From Candidatus Cloacimonadales bacterium (GTDB lineage: Bacteria > Cloacimonadota > Cloacimonadia > Cloacimonadales > JAFGVF01): DNA of 64,000 nt. Below the pieces are notes generated by a model. It made no database searches. It saw nothing but the letters and a program-made list of their open reading frames with translations, and was not told the origin of the DNA. Positions 49,771-59,932 of the stretch are shown here, piece after piece. Positions within the stretch are counted from its first letter, which is position 1. Each line of letters begins with the position of its first letter. The stretch covers positions 2,592,001 through 2,656,000 of the forward strand of contig CAXXJV010000001.1 in assembly GCA_963663475.2 (NCBI GenBank), given 5' to 3'. The translations under genes were made by a program, and so were the position numbers.

Positions 49771-50165
49771 CTTCACACGAAGTCCCTTGCCTACGGCAGG
49801 AGTGACGGGAGTTGCTAACGGAGTAGCGACTTCCGTCACTTTCTTCGTATTTTACAAGCACTTACATGTGCTTGTTGCGGGCAGGGATGCCCGCGTTCCC
49901 AGTTAGTCCAGCGTTCCCAGTTAGAATATTCTCCTCAGTCCGAAGTCCCTTACCTACGGTTGAGGAACTCCGGTCTGCTAACGGAGTAGCGACTTCCGAC
50001 ACTTTCTTCGTATTTTACAAGCACTTACATGTGCTTGTTGCGGGCAGGGATGCCCGCTTTCCCAGTTAATCCAGCGTTCCCAGTTAGTACCGCATTTCCA
50101 GTTAGTCCAGCGTTCCCAGTTAATCCAGCGTTCCCAGTTAGTACCGCATTCCCAGTTAGTTCCGG
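49771..50165. repeat. Composite REP cluster with a ~110-bp direct duplication and 18-bp tandem GCGTTCCCAGTTA(G/A)TCCA units
   Basis: ~49814-49924 is repeated at ~49977-50087; GCGGGCAGGGATGCCCGC palindromes. Confidence 0.85.
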
Positions 50166-50170
50166 ATTAA

Positions 50171-50626
50171 TCAATCAAATATTGCTTTATAGAGCATTTC
50201 AGGTTCAATCCTGAATCTTGACCCCTTTCCTTCAAAAAAGCCATAATCCCTAATAAAATGGACATGCAGAGGAGTCCACACTACACTCATATTATTCTTC
50301 ATATTAGTAACTTTTATAGTAGCCTTGCCAAATCTACCTGCTCTAGGGAAGGGACTCAGCAAGACACCTCGATATGATTTATATTCAACTTCATAGTCTT
50401 TATCGACGACGATAGAGCCATCATAAGACAGGAAGGATTTTTCCATGAGGTATTGCATTCTATCGGCAATTTCATGTAATGATCTATCAAAAGTGTTAAC
50501 TATTTTCATATCTTCAGCAATAATATCTCTAAAGTTACGTTTATCTGAACCAAGAAAGCCATCAGCAGTTAGTACCCCAGCTTTCATTTTATCTTGGATA
50601 AGTTTATCATTAGGACTTAGTTTCAT
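50171..50626 (-). CDS. Conserved-looking hypothetical protein, last gene of the nqr-like operon
   Basis: 8 bp downstream of nqrF with GGAGG RBS; GFLGSD.R and GFFEGKGSRFR motifs. Confidence 0.75.
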   Translation of the reverse strand: MKLSPNDKLIQDKMKAGVLTADGFLGSDKRNFRDIIAEDMKIVNTFDRSLHEIADRMQYLMEKSFLSYDGSIVVDKDYEVEYKSYRGVLLSPFPRAGRFGKATIKVTNMKNNMSVVWTPLHVHFIRDYGFFEGKGSRFRIEPEMLYKAIFD

Positions 50627-50634
50627 TTTTCCTC

Positions 50635-51741
50635 CTAAGCAAAAGAGTCGTAATAAATTTTATCTTCAGGAATGCCTAATTCCTTGAGACTTTTAGTAAC
50701 TGCAGCAATCATACCAGGAGAGCCACATAGATAGGCTTCAGTATTTTTTGGATCTCTTATAGCATCAGGGAAATAAGGCATTACATAACCTGTTCGACCT
50801 TGCCAGTTTTCAGCAGCTTCTGCATGCGAAAGAATTGGATAATAGGTAAAATCAGGGAACTTATCTTCAAATGAATGCATATAATCAGTCAAGTAAAGGT
50901 CTTTGCTTGTTCTTGCTCCAAAGAAATAGCTCATTTTTCTCTCACATCCCTTTTCAGCTAAGTCTTCTAACATAGACTTAATTGGTGCTTTACCTGAACC
51001 ACCAGCTACAAAGATGATATCTGCCTGAGTATCCCTAATATAGAAATCTCCATAAGGTCCAGTAAGTTCTACTTCTTGTCCCTCTTGTAAATGATCATGT
51101 ACCCAAGTTGTGCAAATACCATCAGGTACTTTTCTGATAATAAGTTGTACTTGGTTATTGAGACTAGGTTTAGAGGAAATTGAGTAAGCTCTGGTTACTG
51201 ATTCTCTTACTTTAGCATATTTAGGAGAACGTAACTGCATATACTGTCCTGCCTGGAAATCAATTTCATTAGGACTTATCAAGTCGAAAGTTATCCCTTT
51301 AATATCATAAGTAAAATCTTCTATTTTAGCTACCTTAGCCTTAAATTTTCTGATATTGAAAATCTCTTCAGGAATTTGAATACTAATATCGTTTTTTACT
51401 TTTACCTGACAAGCCAATCTATTGTTTTCGGCCAATTCTTTAGCTGTGAAAAATGGTTTCTCAGTTGGTAAAACAGGACCTCCTCCTTCCACAACCACAC
51501 ACTTACACGCACCACAAGAACCTCTTCCTCCACAGGCAGAAGGAACAAATATGTTCTCTTCAGCCAAAGAAGTAAGCAGTGATGATCCACCTTTAACAGT
51601 TACTTTCCGCTTGCCATTAATATTGATCTCACAGTCTCCATAATTTTGAAGAATAGCTTTAGCAACCACAATTAAAGTTGCTAAAATCCCAGAAATGCCT
51701 GCTAGAATTAATATTTCATAAATTATTTTTTGATAGTTCAT
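50635..51741 (-). CDS. nqrF: NqrF-like 2Fe-2S/FAD/NAD oxidoreductase subunit
   Basis: N-terminal TM helix; CGGRGSCGAC..RLACQ; RAYS; GPYGDF; GGSGKAP; YLCGSP. Confidence 0.85.
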   Translation of the reverse strand: MNYQKIIYEILILAGISGILATLIVVAKAILQNYGDCEININGKRKVTVKGGSSLLTSLAEENIFVPSACGGRGSCGACKCVVVEGGGPVLPTEKPFFTAKELAENNRLACQVKVKNDISIQIPEEIFNIRKFKAKVAKIEDFTYDIKGITFDLISPNEIDFQAGQYMQLRSPKYAKVRESVTRAYSISSKPSLNNQVQLIIRKVPDGICTTWVHDHLQEGQEVELTGPYGDFYIRDTQADIIFVAGGSGKAPIKSMLEDLAEKGCERKMSYFFGARTSKDLYLTDYMHSFEDKFPDFTYYPILSHAEAAENWQGRTGYVMPYFPDAIRDPKNTEAYLCGSPGMIAAVTKSLKELGIPEDKIYYDSFA

Positions 51742-51749
51742 ACTTCTCC

Positions 51750-52337
51750 CTACTGAACATTAACAATGCCTGAGAATCCGATAAAGGCTAAAGCCATGAT
51801 TCCTGTTATTAAGAGACTCATTCCTGCACCTTGCAAACCAGTAGGAATGAACTTTTCTTTTAATCTTGTTCTTATGCCAGCTAAAAGCATAATAGCTAGC
51901 AACCAACCAATACCTGATCCAGCTCCAAAACCAACAGTCTGTATAAAGGTGTAATCTCTTATTATCATGAATAAAGAGACACCTAGAATTGCACAGTTTA
52001 CTGTTATCAAAGGTAAGAAGATACCTAAGGAATAATAAAGAACTGGTGAAAATCTCTCCACAATAATCTCGGTAAGCTGAACAAAAGCAGCTATAACGAT
52101 TATGAAGATAATGTACTGTAAATATATGATATCTGCTGGGAGAATAATATAATGATAAACAGCCCAGTTTATAGCTGTCGTAGCTGTTGTAACAAAGAAA
52201 ACAGCGGTTCCTAAACCAAAAGAAGACTCTACTTCTCGAGAAACAGAAAGGTAAGAACACATACCTAAAAAATTAGTTAGCAATATATTACTGGTAAATA
52301 TCGAAGCCCAAAAAAGTACCCAAGGACTAATTTCCAT
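51750..52337 (-). CDS. nqrE: NqrE/RnfA membrane subunit
   Basis: FLGMCSYL, GIFLPLITVNCAILG. Confidence 0.85.
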   Translation of the reverse strand: MEISPWVLFWASIFTSNILLTNFLGMCSYLSVSREVESSFGLGTAVFFVTTATTAINWAVYHYIILPADIIYLQYIIFIIVIAAFVQLTEIIVERFSPVLYYSLGIFLPLITVNCAILGVSLFMIIRDYTFIQTVGFGAGSGIGWLLAIMLLAGIRTRLKEKFIPTGLQGAGMSLLITGIMALAFIGFSGIVNVQ

Positions 52338-52347
52338 TATTTACTCC

Positions 52348-52944
52348 TTATTGTTTGTTTTGATAAAATTTAGTGTTAATAATCCAAATCAAAATAGCTA
52401 GTAGGAAGAAGGCTGAAGGTGCCATGACCATGATTGACCAGTTTACCCACCAATCTCCTAAAACTCTCATACCAAAAAGAGTACCCTGTCCCATAAGCTC
52501 ACGAACAAAGGCGATTATTAACAAGACTAGGGTGTAACCTACCCCTGCTCCTAAACCATCAATAAGTGAATCAATTGGTGGGTTCTTAGAAGCAAAAGCC
52601 TCTGCCCTACCCATTAAGATACAGTTAGTAATAATTAAACCGACATAAGGTCCTAAACTCTTACTAATTACAGGATAGTAGGCCTTAAGGAAGATATCCA
52701 CTATAATAACATAAGCTGCAATAATCAAGACTTGCACCATCATTCTTACAGAACGAGGAGTATAATCCCTAATTAAGGAAATTGAAAATGAGGCAAGACC
52801 AATGGCAAAGATAACACCTAGTCCCATGACTAAGCTATTGATTAATAGATTAGTTACAGCCAAAGAAGAACAAATTCCTAAGACCTGTTTCCAGATTGAA
52901 TTTTCTGTAAAAGCACTATTCATAAATATTTGTTTTTTTGTCAT
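52348..52944 (-). CDS. nqrD: NqrD/RnfE membrane subunit
   Basis: LGICSSLAVT, VGLIITNCILMGRAEAFA. Confidence 0.85.
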   Translation of the reverse strand: MTKKQIFMNSAFTENSIWKQVLGICSSLAVTNLLINSLVMGLGVIFAIGLASFSISLIRDYTPRSVRMMVQVLIIAAYVIIVDIFLKAYYPVISKSLGPYVGLIITNCILMGRAEAFASKNPPIDSLIDGLGAGVGYTLVLLIIAFVRELMGQGTLFGMRVLGDWWVNWSIMVMAPSAFFLLAILIWIINTKFYQNKQ

Positions 52945-52946
52945 TG

Positions 52947-53639
52947 TTACTCTCCTTTAGCCAAATGATCTTTGAAAAGAGGAATAATCATTTCCATCTC
53001 TTGATCTAACATTTTTAAAAAACTTGAAGAAGTTATAGTTGCACCAGTTATCTGTCTTATTTCATTAGCTTTTTCTGGATTTGAACCTTCCGAGATAAGC
53101 TTATACTTGGTTATCTCTCCAGCTTGCATAAAACTTGACCCCTTCATATCTGCTCTGAGATTTAATTTGTCTGCTGGTTCGGCAATTCTACCACCTAAAC
53201 CAGGAGTTTCAACTTGTTCATAGACATTAAAATCAATCAAAGTCTCTAAGTTTGGCTCAAAACCAACAACTGCCTTCATTGTACCCCAAAGTCCTGCTCC
53301 AATAATATCGAAACAGTAGCCTATAACCCTACCATTATCTACAACTTTATAATAACCACGGAGACCTTTAGGACTTTCTATTTGATAAGGAATGAGAAAT
53401 TCTTCTTTATATTTTAAGACATCTGCATCTTCTATCTGATAGAAGTCCACTTGACTAATCTTATCGTTGAATATTTCCAGTATTTGTCGAAAGTATAAAA
53501 TCTCTTGATTATCATCAATTCTTCCCTTTTCTGAATTATAAAAGAGTGATAAGATTCCCACAAAAACGATTGTTACTAGAACCATGAAGAATACTTGATA
53601 AAATTGAGTTTCTCTAAATAATTTCTTTTCTTTTTCCAT
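52947..53639 (-). CDS. nqrC: NqrC/RnfG FMN-binding subunit
   Basis: GAGLWG, ETPGLGG.I, ITGATITS flavinylation motif. Confidence 0.85.
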   Translation of the reverse strand: MEKEKKLFRETQFYQVFFMVLVTIVFVGILSLFYNSEKGRIDDNQEILYFRQILEIFNDKISQVDFYQIEDADVLKYKEEFLIPYQIESPKGLRGYYKVVDNGRVIGYCFDIIGAGLWGTMKAVVGFEPNLETLIDFNVYEQVETPGLGGRIAEPADKLNLRADMKGSSFMQAGEITKYKLISEGSNPEKANEIRQITGATITSSSFLKMLDQEMEMIIPLFKDHLAKGE

Positions 53640-54563
53640 CTATTTAGCCCCCTTCTTTTTAGGCTGTAAATAGAACTCTATGATAGGCATGAAGGTGTTA
53701 GCTAAGAGGATAGCAAACATAAAACCTTCGTTAAAAAGTGAATATTTTCTGATAAAAACAGTTAAAAACCCTATCATTATACCATAAATCCACAGTCCAT
53801 TCTTAGTCTTAGCCTGAGATACTGGATCTGTTACCATGTAAGCTATACCAAATAAAGCTCCACCTGAAACTAGATAATATAAGGCATCGCCAAAACCATA
53901 GAAAATGATATTGAAGATATAGAGGGAAACTAAGGTAGCTAACATACCCTGCCACTTTGCAGTTTTAGTCATGATAAGATAAATAGCCCCAATTATTATG
54001 AGCAGGGCAGATGTTTCACCTATTGAACCTGGGATAAGACCAAACAAGGCATCAATGAATGAGTAATTTGTTGTTTCACCCAATTTTGAGGAAGATAAGA
54101 TAGTAGCAGAAGTAGTCATATCAATAGAATTCATATATCTAGTAAAGCCACCTGGAAGTGATGTAAATGGTTTTATCCAATCAATAGTCATTTGCTGAGG
54201 AAACGACACATAGATAAAAGTCCTTCCTACAATAGCAGGATTGAAAATGTTCATACCAAAACCACCAAAAACCATCTTACCGAATGCTACAGCAATAATT
54301 CCACCTACACCAGCTATCCATAAGGGAATGGTAGGAGGAAGTGTCATGGCTAATAAAGTCCCTGTTACAAAAACAGCCATAGAGACTTTTCCATTGGGTT
54401 TTTTACGAACAAATAAGTATTCAGTTAAAAAAGCTATCGCATTAGTAAATAAGATTACCACTAAAGAACGCCAGCCAAATATAAAAATTGAGAATATGAT
54501 GGAAGGTATTAGTGCATACAATACCTTATTCATCATAGCTTGCTTTAATATGATGTTCTTCAT
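53640..54563 (-). CDS. nqrB: NqrB/RnfD membrane subunit (short, 307 aa)
   Basis: GKMVFGGFGMNIFNPA, TSAT flavinylation site, GSIGETS, MVTDPVS. Confidence 0.82.
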   Translation of the reverse strand: MKNIILKQAMMNKVLYALIPSIIFSIFIFGWRSLVVILFTNAIAFLTEYLFVRKKPNGKVSMAVFVTGTLLAMTLPPTIPLWIAGVGGIIAVAFGKMVFGGFGMNIFNPAIVGRTFIYVSFPQQMTIDWIKPFTSLPGGFTRYMNSIDMTTSATILSSSKLGETTNYSFIDALFGLIPGSIGETSALLIIIGAIYLIMTKTAKWQGMLATLVSLYIFNIIFYGFGDALYYLVSGGALFGIAYMVTDPVSQAKTKNGLWIYGIMIGFLTVFIRKYSLFNEGFMFAILLANTFMPIIEFYLQPKKKGAK

Positions 54564-54825
54564 AAGCCCCTTTCTTCTTTATTTAATATTTTAATTATAA
54601 ATTTATAATAAGTACTTTTTTGCATATTACAAGATAAAATGTAAAAATAGAGCGAATTAGTCAATCTTTATTTTGCTTTTATTCTTCTTAACCACTAGAA
54701 ATGCAGTAGAATTTTTGGGTTATACCAAGTAGTACAGTAGGATTTTAGGGAAGAGTGCAGATTCTTCAGAAAAATAAGTTACAGAATATAAAGGCATATA
54801 ATATATATGGCTCTCTCAAGTAAAA

Positions 54826-54848
54826 GATGCCTGCAACAAGCAGGCATC
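54826..54848 (-). terminator. Terminator of the Stn-like operon
   Basis: GATGCCTGC/GCAGGCATC stem followed by TTTT on the minus strand. Confidence 0.75.
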
Positions 54849-54860
54849 AGTATGTTATCA

Positions 54861-57800
54861 TTATCTTTTTATTTTCTTATCTCGGAAAGTTATGACTTTG
54901 GGAACTTCTTGCCTGGTCATATCTAGGACAAGTTGATCATCCAATTCAATCTTCTGTAAAAAGTCGTCAGCTCGATTGTTCCAATTAACTACTTCTGCCA
55001 TACTAATTGGTAATAAATCAGCTCCTACCAGACTATTTATTAAAAGATCTTGTAGAACTGAGCCCTTGGGATTAGAAAAAACTTTCACTCGCAAATCATC
55101 TGCTAAGGAAAGTCCCTCAATTTCTAAGTAAGATGGCTTAGGGATGAAAAGGTCAATATCCAGTGATTTATCAAAACTATCACTTATGAGAATGGTAAAT
55201 CTCTCTTTTTGGAAGCCATGAGGTAAATCACCATAGTAGATATCACTATTTCCTTTACTGCTTATAGTGTTGCTCTTAAAGAAAGCTAGAGACCTCAAGT
55301 TATTCCATTTTGAAGTTGGGTAGATAAAAGAGGACTTGTTGAAATCAGCTAGTAGTAAGGCAAGCTGATAGATAACAATAGCCTTTTCTAAGCCTATATT
55401 ATCAATATTATAAATAAAGATAGTTTTTTCTTTAACTTTTCCGTCTAAATCATATATATCATTATACTTATAGTCTGCAAACTTAACGAAATCTACTTGC
55501 GGGTATTCAACTAAAGTAAGACTTTTTCCCTTTCTTTGCTCTAGTCTGAGTAAGGTCCTAAGTGTCTGAGAAATTTCTCCCACAACAATGTAGTTTTCAG
55601 CCTGAGCAAGTTTAGCTTTATCTACCATAGTATAAGTCTTCTTAAGAAGTTTTTGATGGAAAGGATCAAGATTTTGTAAGAAGCTATAAGCTTGTTTTTG
55701 GTGATTAGCCAATTCTTGTCCTAATAGCATTTCTTCCAAGGTTAAATTAGGTGATAAGATAGTATTAAATCCAGCTTTCAGTTCCTTCTTTAGTAATTCT
55801 TGCAGCTGAGAGTAAGTAATTTCCTGCCATTTACCTGCAACTTTTTGCAGAGGACTTACTGGCTTTGAATCAATTTTCTGCCAAGCAAATCTTCCTTTAT
55901 AACACAGGTTTCTACCATTAAAGGACTCTTCAATATCATACTTCATTGGTAAAAATTCTTCTGGTGTTTCAGCTGGACTAGCTATATTTGTTACCCTATC
56001 TGAATGTACATCTACTAGGATATCACAACCACTTCCACACATACCACAAGATTGAATAATCTTTCTGTTTTCTAAAGGATTCTGCTTATAATTAAGATTC
56101 TTAGGAAGTAAGGCACCTGTAGGACACACAGCTATACACTTACCGCATGCTTCACAGCTTGTATTATTCAAACTTTCACCAAATTCTGGAGCTACTAGTG
56201 TCTTAAAGCCTCGGAAAATATAGCCCAAGACTCCTGCTCCTTGAATCTCAGCACAGGTTCTGACACATCTACCGCAGTTTACACACTTGTTAGCATCCCT
56301 AAGGATAAATTCATGGCTATCATCAATCGGATGTTCATTCTTGCTTCCAATAAAGATATCTTGACTGACATCATATTCTGAAGCATACTTACGTAATGCA
56401 CAAGTCTCATTTACCTGACAACCACACTCTAAACACCGCTTAGCTTCAGCGATTGCTACTTCTTCTGAGAAGCCTGTTTCTACTTCTTTAAAAGAAGTCT
56501 TTGCTTGAGCAATATCAATCTCAGGCATCTTAGCCCTAGGTATTTCAGCTATATCGGCATAAAGTTCTTTTCTAATATCTTCTATCTTATGGGCTTTAAC
56601 TGAATTGAAAACATACTTATTACTTTGAATATTCTGACCTTGCAAATACTTGTCAATAGTTTGACTAGCAATTTTGCCATCAGCAATAGCTTCCACAGCA
56701 GTAGCAGGTCCTCTTCTTACATCACCACCAGCAAAGACATTTCCTAGGCCAGTGTACATAGTCTTTTCAGAAGAATTAAGAGTATTCCACCTGGTGAATG
56801 GTAGCTCTTTTCCATCAATATAATTATCTTCACCTAGCATAAAATCAAGTTGTGGTTTTTGAGAAATAGCTGCAATAACAGAATCAAATTCTATAGTTTC
56901 ATATTGACCAGTTGCTTGAGGAGACCTTCTACCAGAAGCATCTGGCTGTCCCAAAATCATTTTTTCTAATTTAATTGATTTTAATCTTCCATCTTCACCA
57001 AAATATTCTACAGGGTTAGTTAGTAATCTAAACTCTACCCCTTCCTTCTCTGCAGCTTCAATCTCAAAGGTTTCTGCTGGCATTTGTTCTTTAGCTCTAC
57101 GATAGACAATCGTTGCCTCAACCCCTAACCTTCTAGCTGTTCTAACACAATCAATAGCAGTATTTCCACCACCAATTACTGCTACTTTCTTACCAAGTTC
57201 AGGTGCATTTCCCAAAGCACAATCCTTGAGGAAATCTACCCCTAGATAACAACCTTTTAAGTTAGAGCCAGGAATAGGCATTGCCACAGCTTCCGAAGCA
57301 CCATTAGCAATATAAACAGCATCATAGTCTTGTCTAATCTCTGTAAAAGTTATATCTTTTCCTACTTGCACATTGCATTGGATTTCCATACCATTAGCAC
57401 ACATAATTTCTATTTCAGCATCAAGTATAGCTTTGGGAAGTCTGTACTCTGGAATACCATAGCGTAGCCAACCACCGGCTTTAGGCATAGCTTCAAATAC
57501 TTTTACCTCATATCCCTGATTAGAGAGATAGTAACCACAGGTTAATCCAGAAGGTCCACCACCAATAATAGCAATCTTTTTATCTTTATTCTCCTGTCTT
57601 TCAGGAACGTAAGTCCAGTAATCTTGGGCATCATAATCAGCAGCAAATCGTTTTAACTGTCTAATGGCAATAGATTCATCAATGACTTGTCGGCGACATT
57701 CTTCTTCACAGAAGGCTGGACAGACACGTCCAATTGAAAGAGGCATAGGTAGTTGTTCTTTGATAATTTTAACTGCCTCATGATATTGCTTATTAGCTAT

Positions 57801-58157
57801 CAAGGATATGTAAGATTGGACATCTATCTTAGCAGGGCAAGCATTCTTACAAGGAGCTTCACAATCTGCATAATGATCAGAAAGCAGAAGTTCTAAAGCC
57901 ATCTTACGGGCTTGCTTAACTTGGTCTCCTTCAGTATCAATTACCATACCTTCACTTATAGTAGTTCCACAAGAGGTAACAAAACCTCTCCGACCTTCAA
58001 CTTTTACCGCACATACCCAGCATGAACCATAGGGTTTTAATTCTTCATCATGACATAAAGTTGGGATTTCATAGCCTTCTTTCCTGGCTACATCTAGAAT
58101 AGTTGCACCTTCAGGGGCTAATACTTCTTTATTATTTAATTTAATCTTTATCATCAT
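54861..58157 (-). CDS. StnC/NsoC-like subunit: 2Fe-2S + GltD/NfnB-type FAD/NADP domain + NuoG/FdhA-type Fe-S region + degenerate molybdopterin-oxidoreductase tail
   Basis: IPTLC...CWVC.V; APC...CP; GRVCPAFCE..C; GGGPSG, YGIPEYRLP, GGGNTAIDC, YRR; CLECGC; CVNCGRC..C; CEACGKC..CP; CGMCGSGC. Confidence 0.85.
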   Translation of the reverse strand: MMIKIKLNNKEVLAPEGATILDVARKEGYEIPTLCHDEELKPYGSCWVCAVKVEGRRGFVTSCGTTISEGMVIDTEGDQVKQARKMALELLLSDHYADCEAPCKNACPAKIDVQSYISLIANKQYHEAVKIIKEQLPMPLSIGRVCPAFCEEECRRQVIDESIAIRQLKRFAADYDAQDYWTYVPERQENKDKKIAIIGGGPSGLTCGYYLSNQGYEVKVFEAMPKAGGWLRYGIPEYRLPKAILDAEIEIMCANGMEIQCNVQVGKDITFTEIRQDYDAVYIANGASEAVAMPIPGSNLKGCYLGVDFLKDCALGNAPELGKKVAVIGGGNTAIDCVRTARRLGVEATIVYRRAKEQMPAETFEIEAAEKEGVEFRLLTNPVEYFGEDGRLKSIKLEKMILGQPDASGRRSPQATGQYETIEFDSVIAAISQKPQLDFMLGEDNYIDGKELPFTRWNTLNSSEKTMYTGLGNVFAGGDVRRGPATAVEAIADGKIASQTIDKYLQGQNIQSNKYVFNSVKAHKIEDIRKELYADIAEIPRAKMPEIDIAQAKTSFKEVETGFSEEVAIAEAKRCLECGCQVNETCALRKYASEYDVSQDIFIGSKNEHPIDDSHEFILRDANKCVNCGRCVRTCAEIQGAGVLGYIFRGFKTLVAPEFGESLNNTSCEACGKCIAVCPTGALLPKNLNYKQNPLENRKIIQSCGMCGSGCDILVDVHSDRVTNIASPAETPEEFLPMKYDIEESFNGRNLCYKGRFAWQKIDSKPVSPLQKVAGKWQEITYSQLQELLKKELKAGFNTILSPNLTLEEMLLGQELANHQKQAYSFLQNLDPFHQKLLKKTYTMVDKAKLAQAENYIVVGEISQTLRTLLRLEQRKGKSLTLVEYPQVDFVKFADYKYNDIYDLDGKVKEKTIFIYNIDNIGLEKAIVIYQLALLLADFNKSSFIYPTSKWNNLRSLAFFKSNTISSKGNSDIYYGDLPHGFQKERFTILISDSFDKSLDIDLFIPKPSYLEIEGLSLADDLRVKVFSNPKGSVLQDLLINSLVGADLLPISMAEVVNWNNRADDFLQKIELDDQLVLDMTRQEVPKVITFRDKKIKR

Positions 58158-58162
58158 TCCTC

Positions 58163-59932
58163 CTACCTAATCTCTATAGCTGAGAACTTACAAGCCTTAT
58201 AACAAGAACCACACTTGATACAGCTATCTTGATTAATTAGATGAGCTTCCTTAACCTGACCACTAATGCAATTTACTGGACAAACCCTAGCACAAGCTGT
58301 ACAGCCTACACACTTGTCTTCAATAATATGATATGTTAATAAATCAGTGCAAACATGAGCAGGACAAGTCTTATCTACAATATGAGCTTCATACTCTTGT
58401 CTAAAATATTTTAATGTTGTTAAAACAGGATTAGGAGCTGTTTGACCTAGACCACACAAGGAAGTAGTAATAATCTTTTCAGATAGATTTTCTAATATCT
58501 CTATATCTTGAATTTGACCTTTTCCTGAAGTAATCCTCGCTAATATTTCCAACATTCTTTTAGTACCAATTCGACAGAATGTACACTTGCCACAAGATTC
58601 ATTTTGAGTGAAATTTAAAAAGAATTTAGCTACATCAACCATACATGTATCATAATCCATTACAACCATACCACCAGAACCCATAATAGCACCAGTCTGA
58701 GATATAGAATCATAATCAACTATGGTATCTAAGAGTGTAGCTGGAACACAACCACCAGAAGGTCCGCCTAATTGCACAGCCTTGAAAGGTGACTGAGTCT
58801 TCATACCTCCCCCAACCTTATAGATAACATCATGCAAGCTAATTCCCATAGGAACTTCTATAAGACCAGAGTTTCTAATCTTGCCAGCTAGAGCAAAGAC
58901 TTTTGTCCCTTTAGATTTTTCAGTCCCTAGTTTAGCAAATTCTTCTGCTCCATTAAGGATAATCCAGGTAATATTTGCCCAAGTTTCTACATTATTAATA
59001 TTAGTTGGGTATTGCCATAAACCTGATTCAGCTGGGAAAGGAGGACGTAAGTTAGGCATTCCTCTCTTGCCTTCTACCGAGGCCATAAGAGCAGTTTCTT
59101 CACCACAAACAAAGGCACCTGCTCCTTCTTTTATATGTAAGTGGAAAGAAAAATCACTTCCTAAAATATTATCACCTAAAAAACCTCTAGCTTGGGCTTG
59201 TTCAATAGCTATATTAAGATGTTTGATGGCAAGAGGATATTCAGCTCTTACATAAAGATAACCTTCATCAGCTCCAATAGCATAAGCTCCAATAATCATA
59301 CCTTCGATTATTGCATGAGGATCTCCCTCAAGTACAGACCTATCCATAAAAGCTCCAGGATCTCCTTCATCGGCATTACAAATAACATATTTCTTATCAC
59401 TCTTGTTATCATAAGCAAACTTCCATTTCAATCCTGTAGGGAAACCAGCTCCTCCCCTACCTCTCAAACCTGACTCTGTGATTTCACTAATAATAGCTTG
59501 ACCAGTCATTGTTAGTGCCTTTTTAAGAGCAGAATAGCCTTGTCTAGCTATATATTCATCAATTATAACTGGATCTATCACACCACAATTGCGCAAGACT
59601 ATCCTTGTCTGCGACTCAATTAAATAGTTTTCTTGAGCAGGAATCTTATTGGAATAAACTAATTTTTCATGGTCAATTTCTTGCTTGTTGAGAACATCGA
59701 AGATTGATTCTAAATCTTCAGCAACTAAATTGCCATAGACAGAATCACTGCCATCATCACTTACCACCTGAATAAGTGGCTCAGCATGACACATACCATT
59801 ACAAGCTGTATGTTTTAATTCAAAGTTATATTTATCGCCACTTAGGAGTTTCTTGGCTTGATCATAAATCTCTTGAGCACCTGCAGCTAAACCACAGGAT
59901 GCCATACCTACTTTTATCTGAATATTAGTCAT
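58163..59932 (-). CDS. nuoF: NuoF/HydB/StnB-like NADH-binding flavoprotein
   Basis: GLRGRGGAGFPTG, CNADEGDPGAFMDR, GAFVCGEETAL, ESCGKCTFCR, two C-terminal 4Fe-4S motifs. Confidence 0.92.
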   Translation of the reverse strand: MTNIQIKVGMASCGLAAGAQEIYDQAKKLLSGDKYNFELKHTACNGMCHAEPLIQVVSDDGSDSVYGNLVAEDLESIFDVLNKQEIDHEKLVYSNKIPAQENYLIESQTRIVLRNCGVIDPVIIDEYIARQGYSALKKALTMTGQAIISEITESGLRGRGGAGFPTGLKWKFAYDNKSDKKYVICNADEGDPGAFMDRSVLEGDPHAIIEGMIIGAYAIGADEGYLYVRAEYPLAIKHLNIAIEQAQARGFLGDNILGSDFSFHLHIKEGAGAFVCGEETALMASVEGKRGMPNLRPPFPAESGLWQYPTNINNVETWANITWIILNGAEEFAKLGTEKSKGTKVFALAGKIRNSGLIEVPMGISLHDVIYKVGGGMKTQSPFKAVQLGGPSGGCVPATLLDTIVDYDSISQTGAIMGSGGMVVMDYDTCMVDVAKFFLNFTQNESCGKCTFCRIGTKRMLEILARITSGKGQIQDIEILENLSEKIITTSLCGLGQTAPNPVLTTLKYFRQEYEAHIVDKTCPAHVCTDLLTYHIIEDKCVGCTACARVCPVNCISGQVKEAHLINQDSCIKCGSCYKACKFSAIEIR

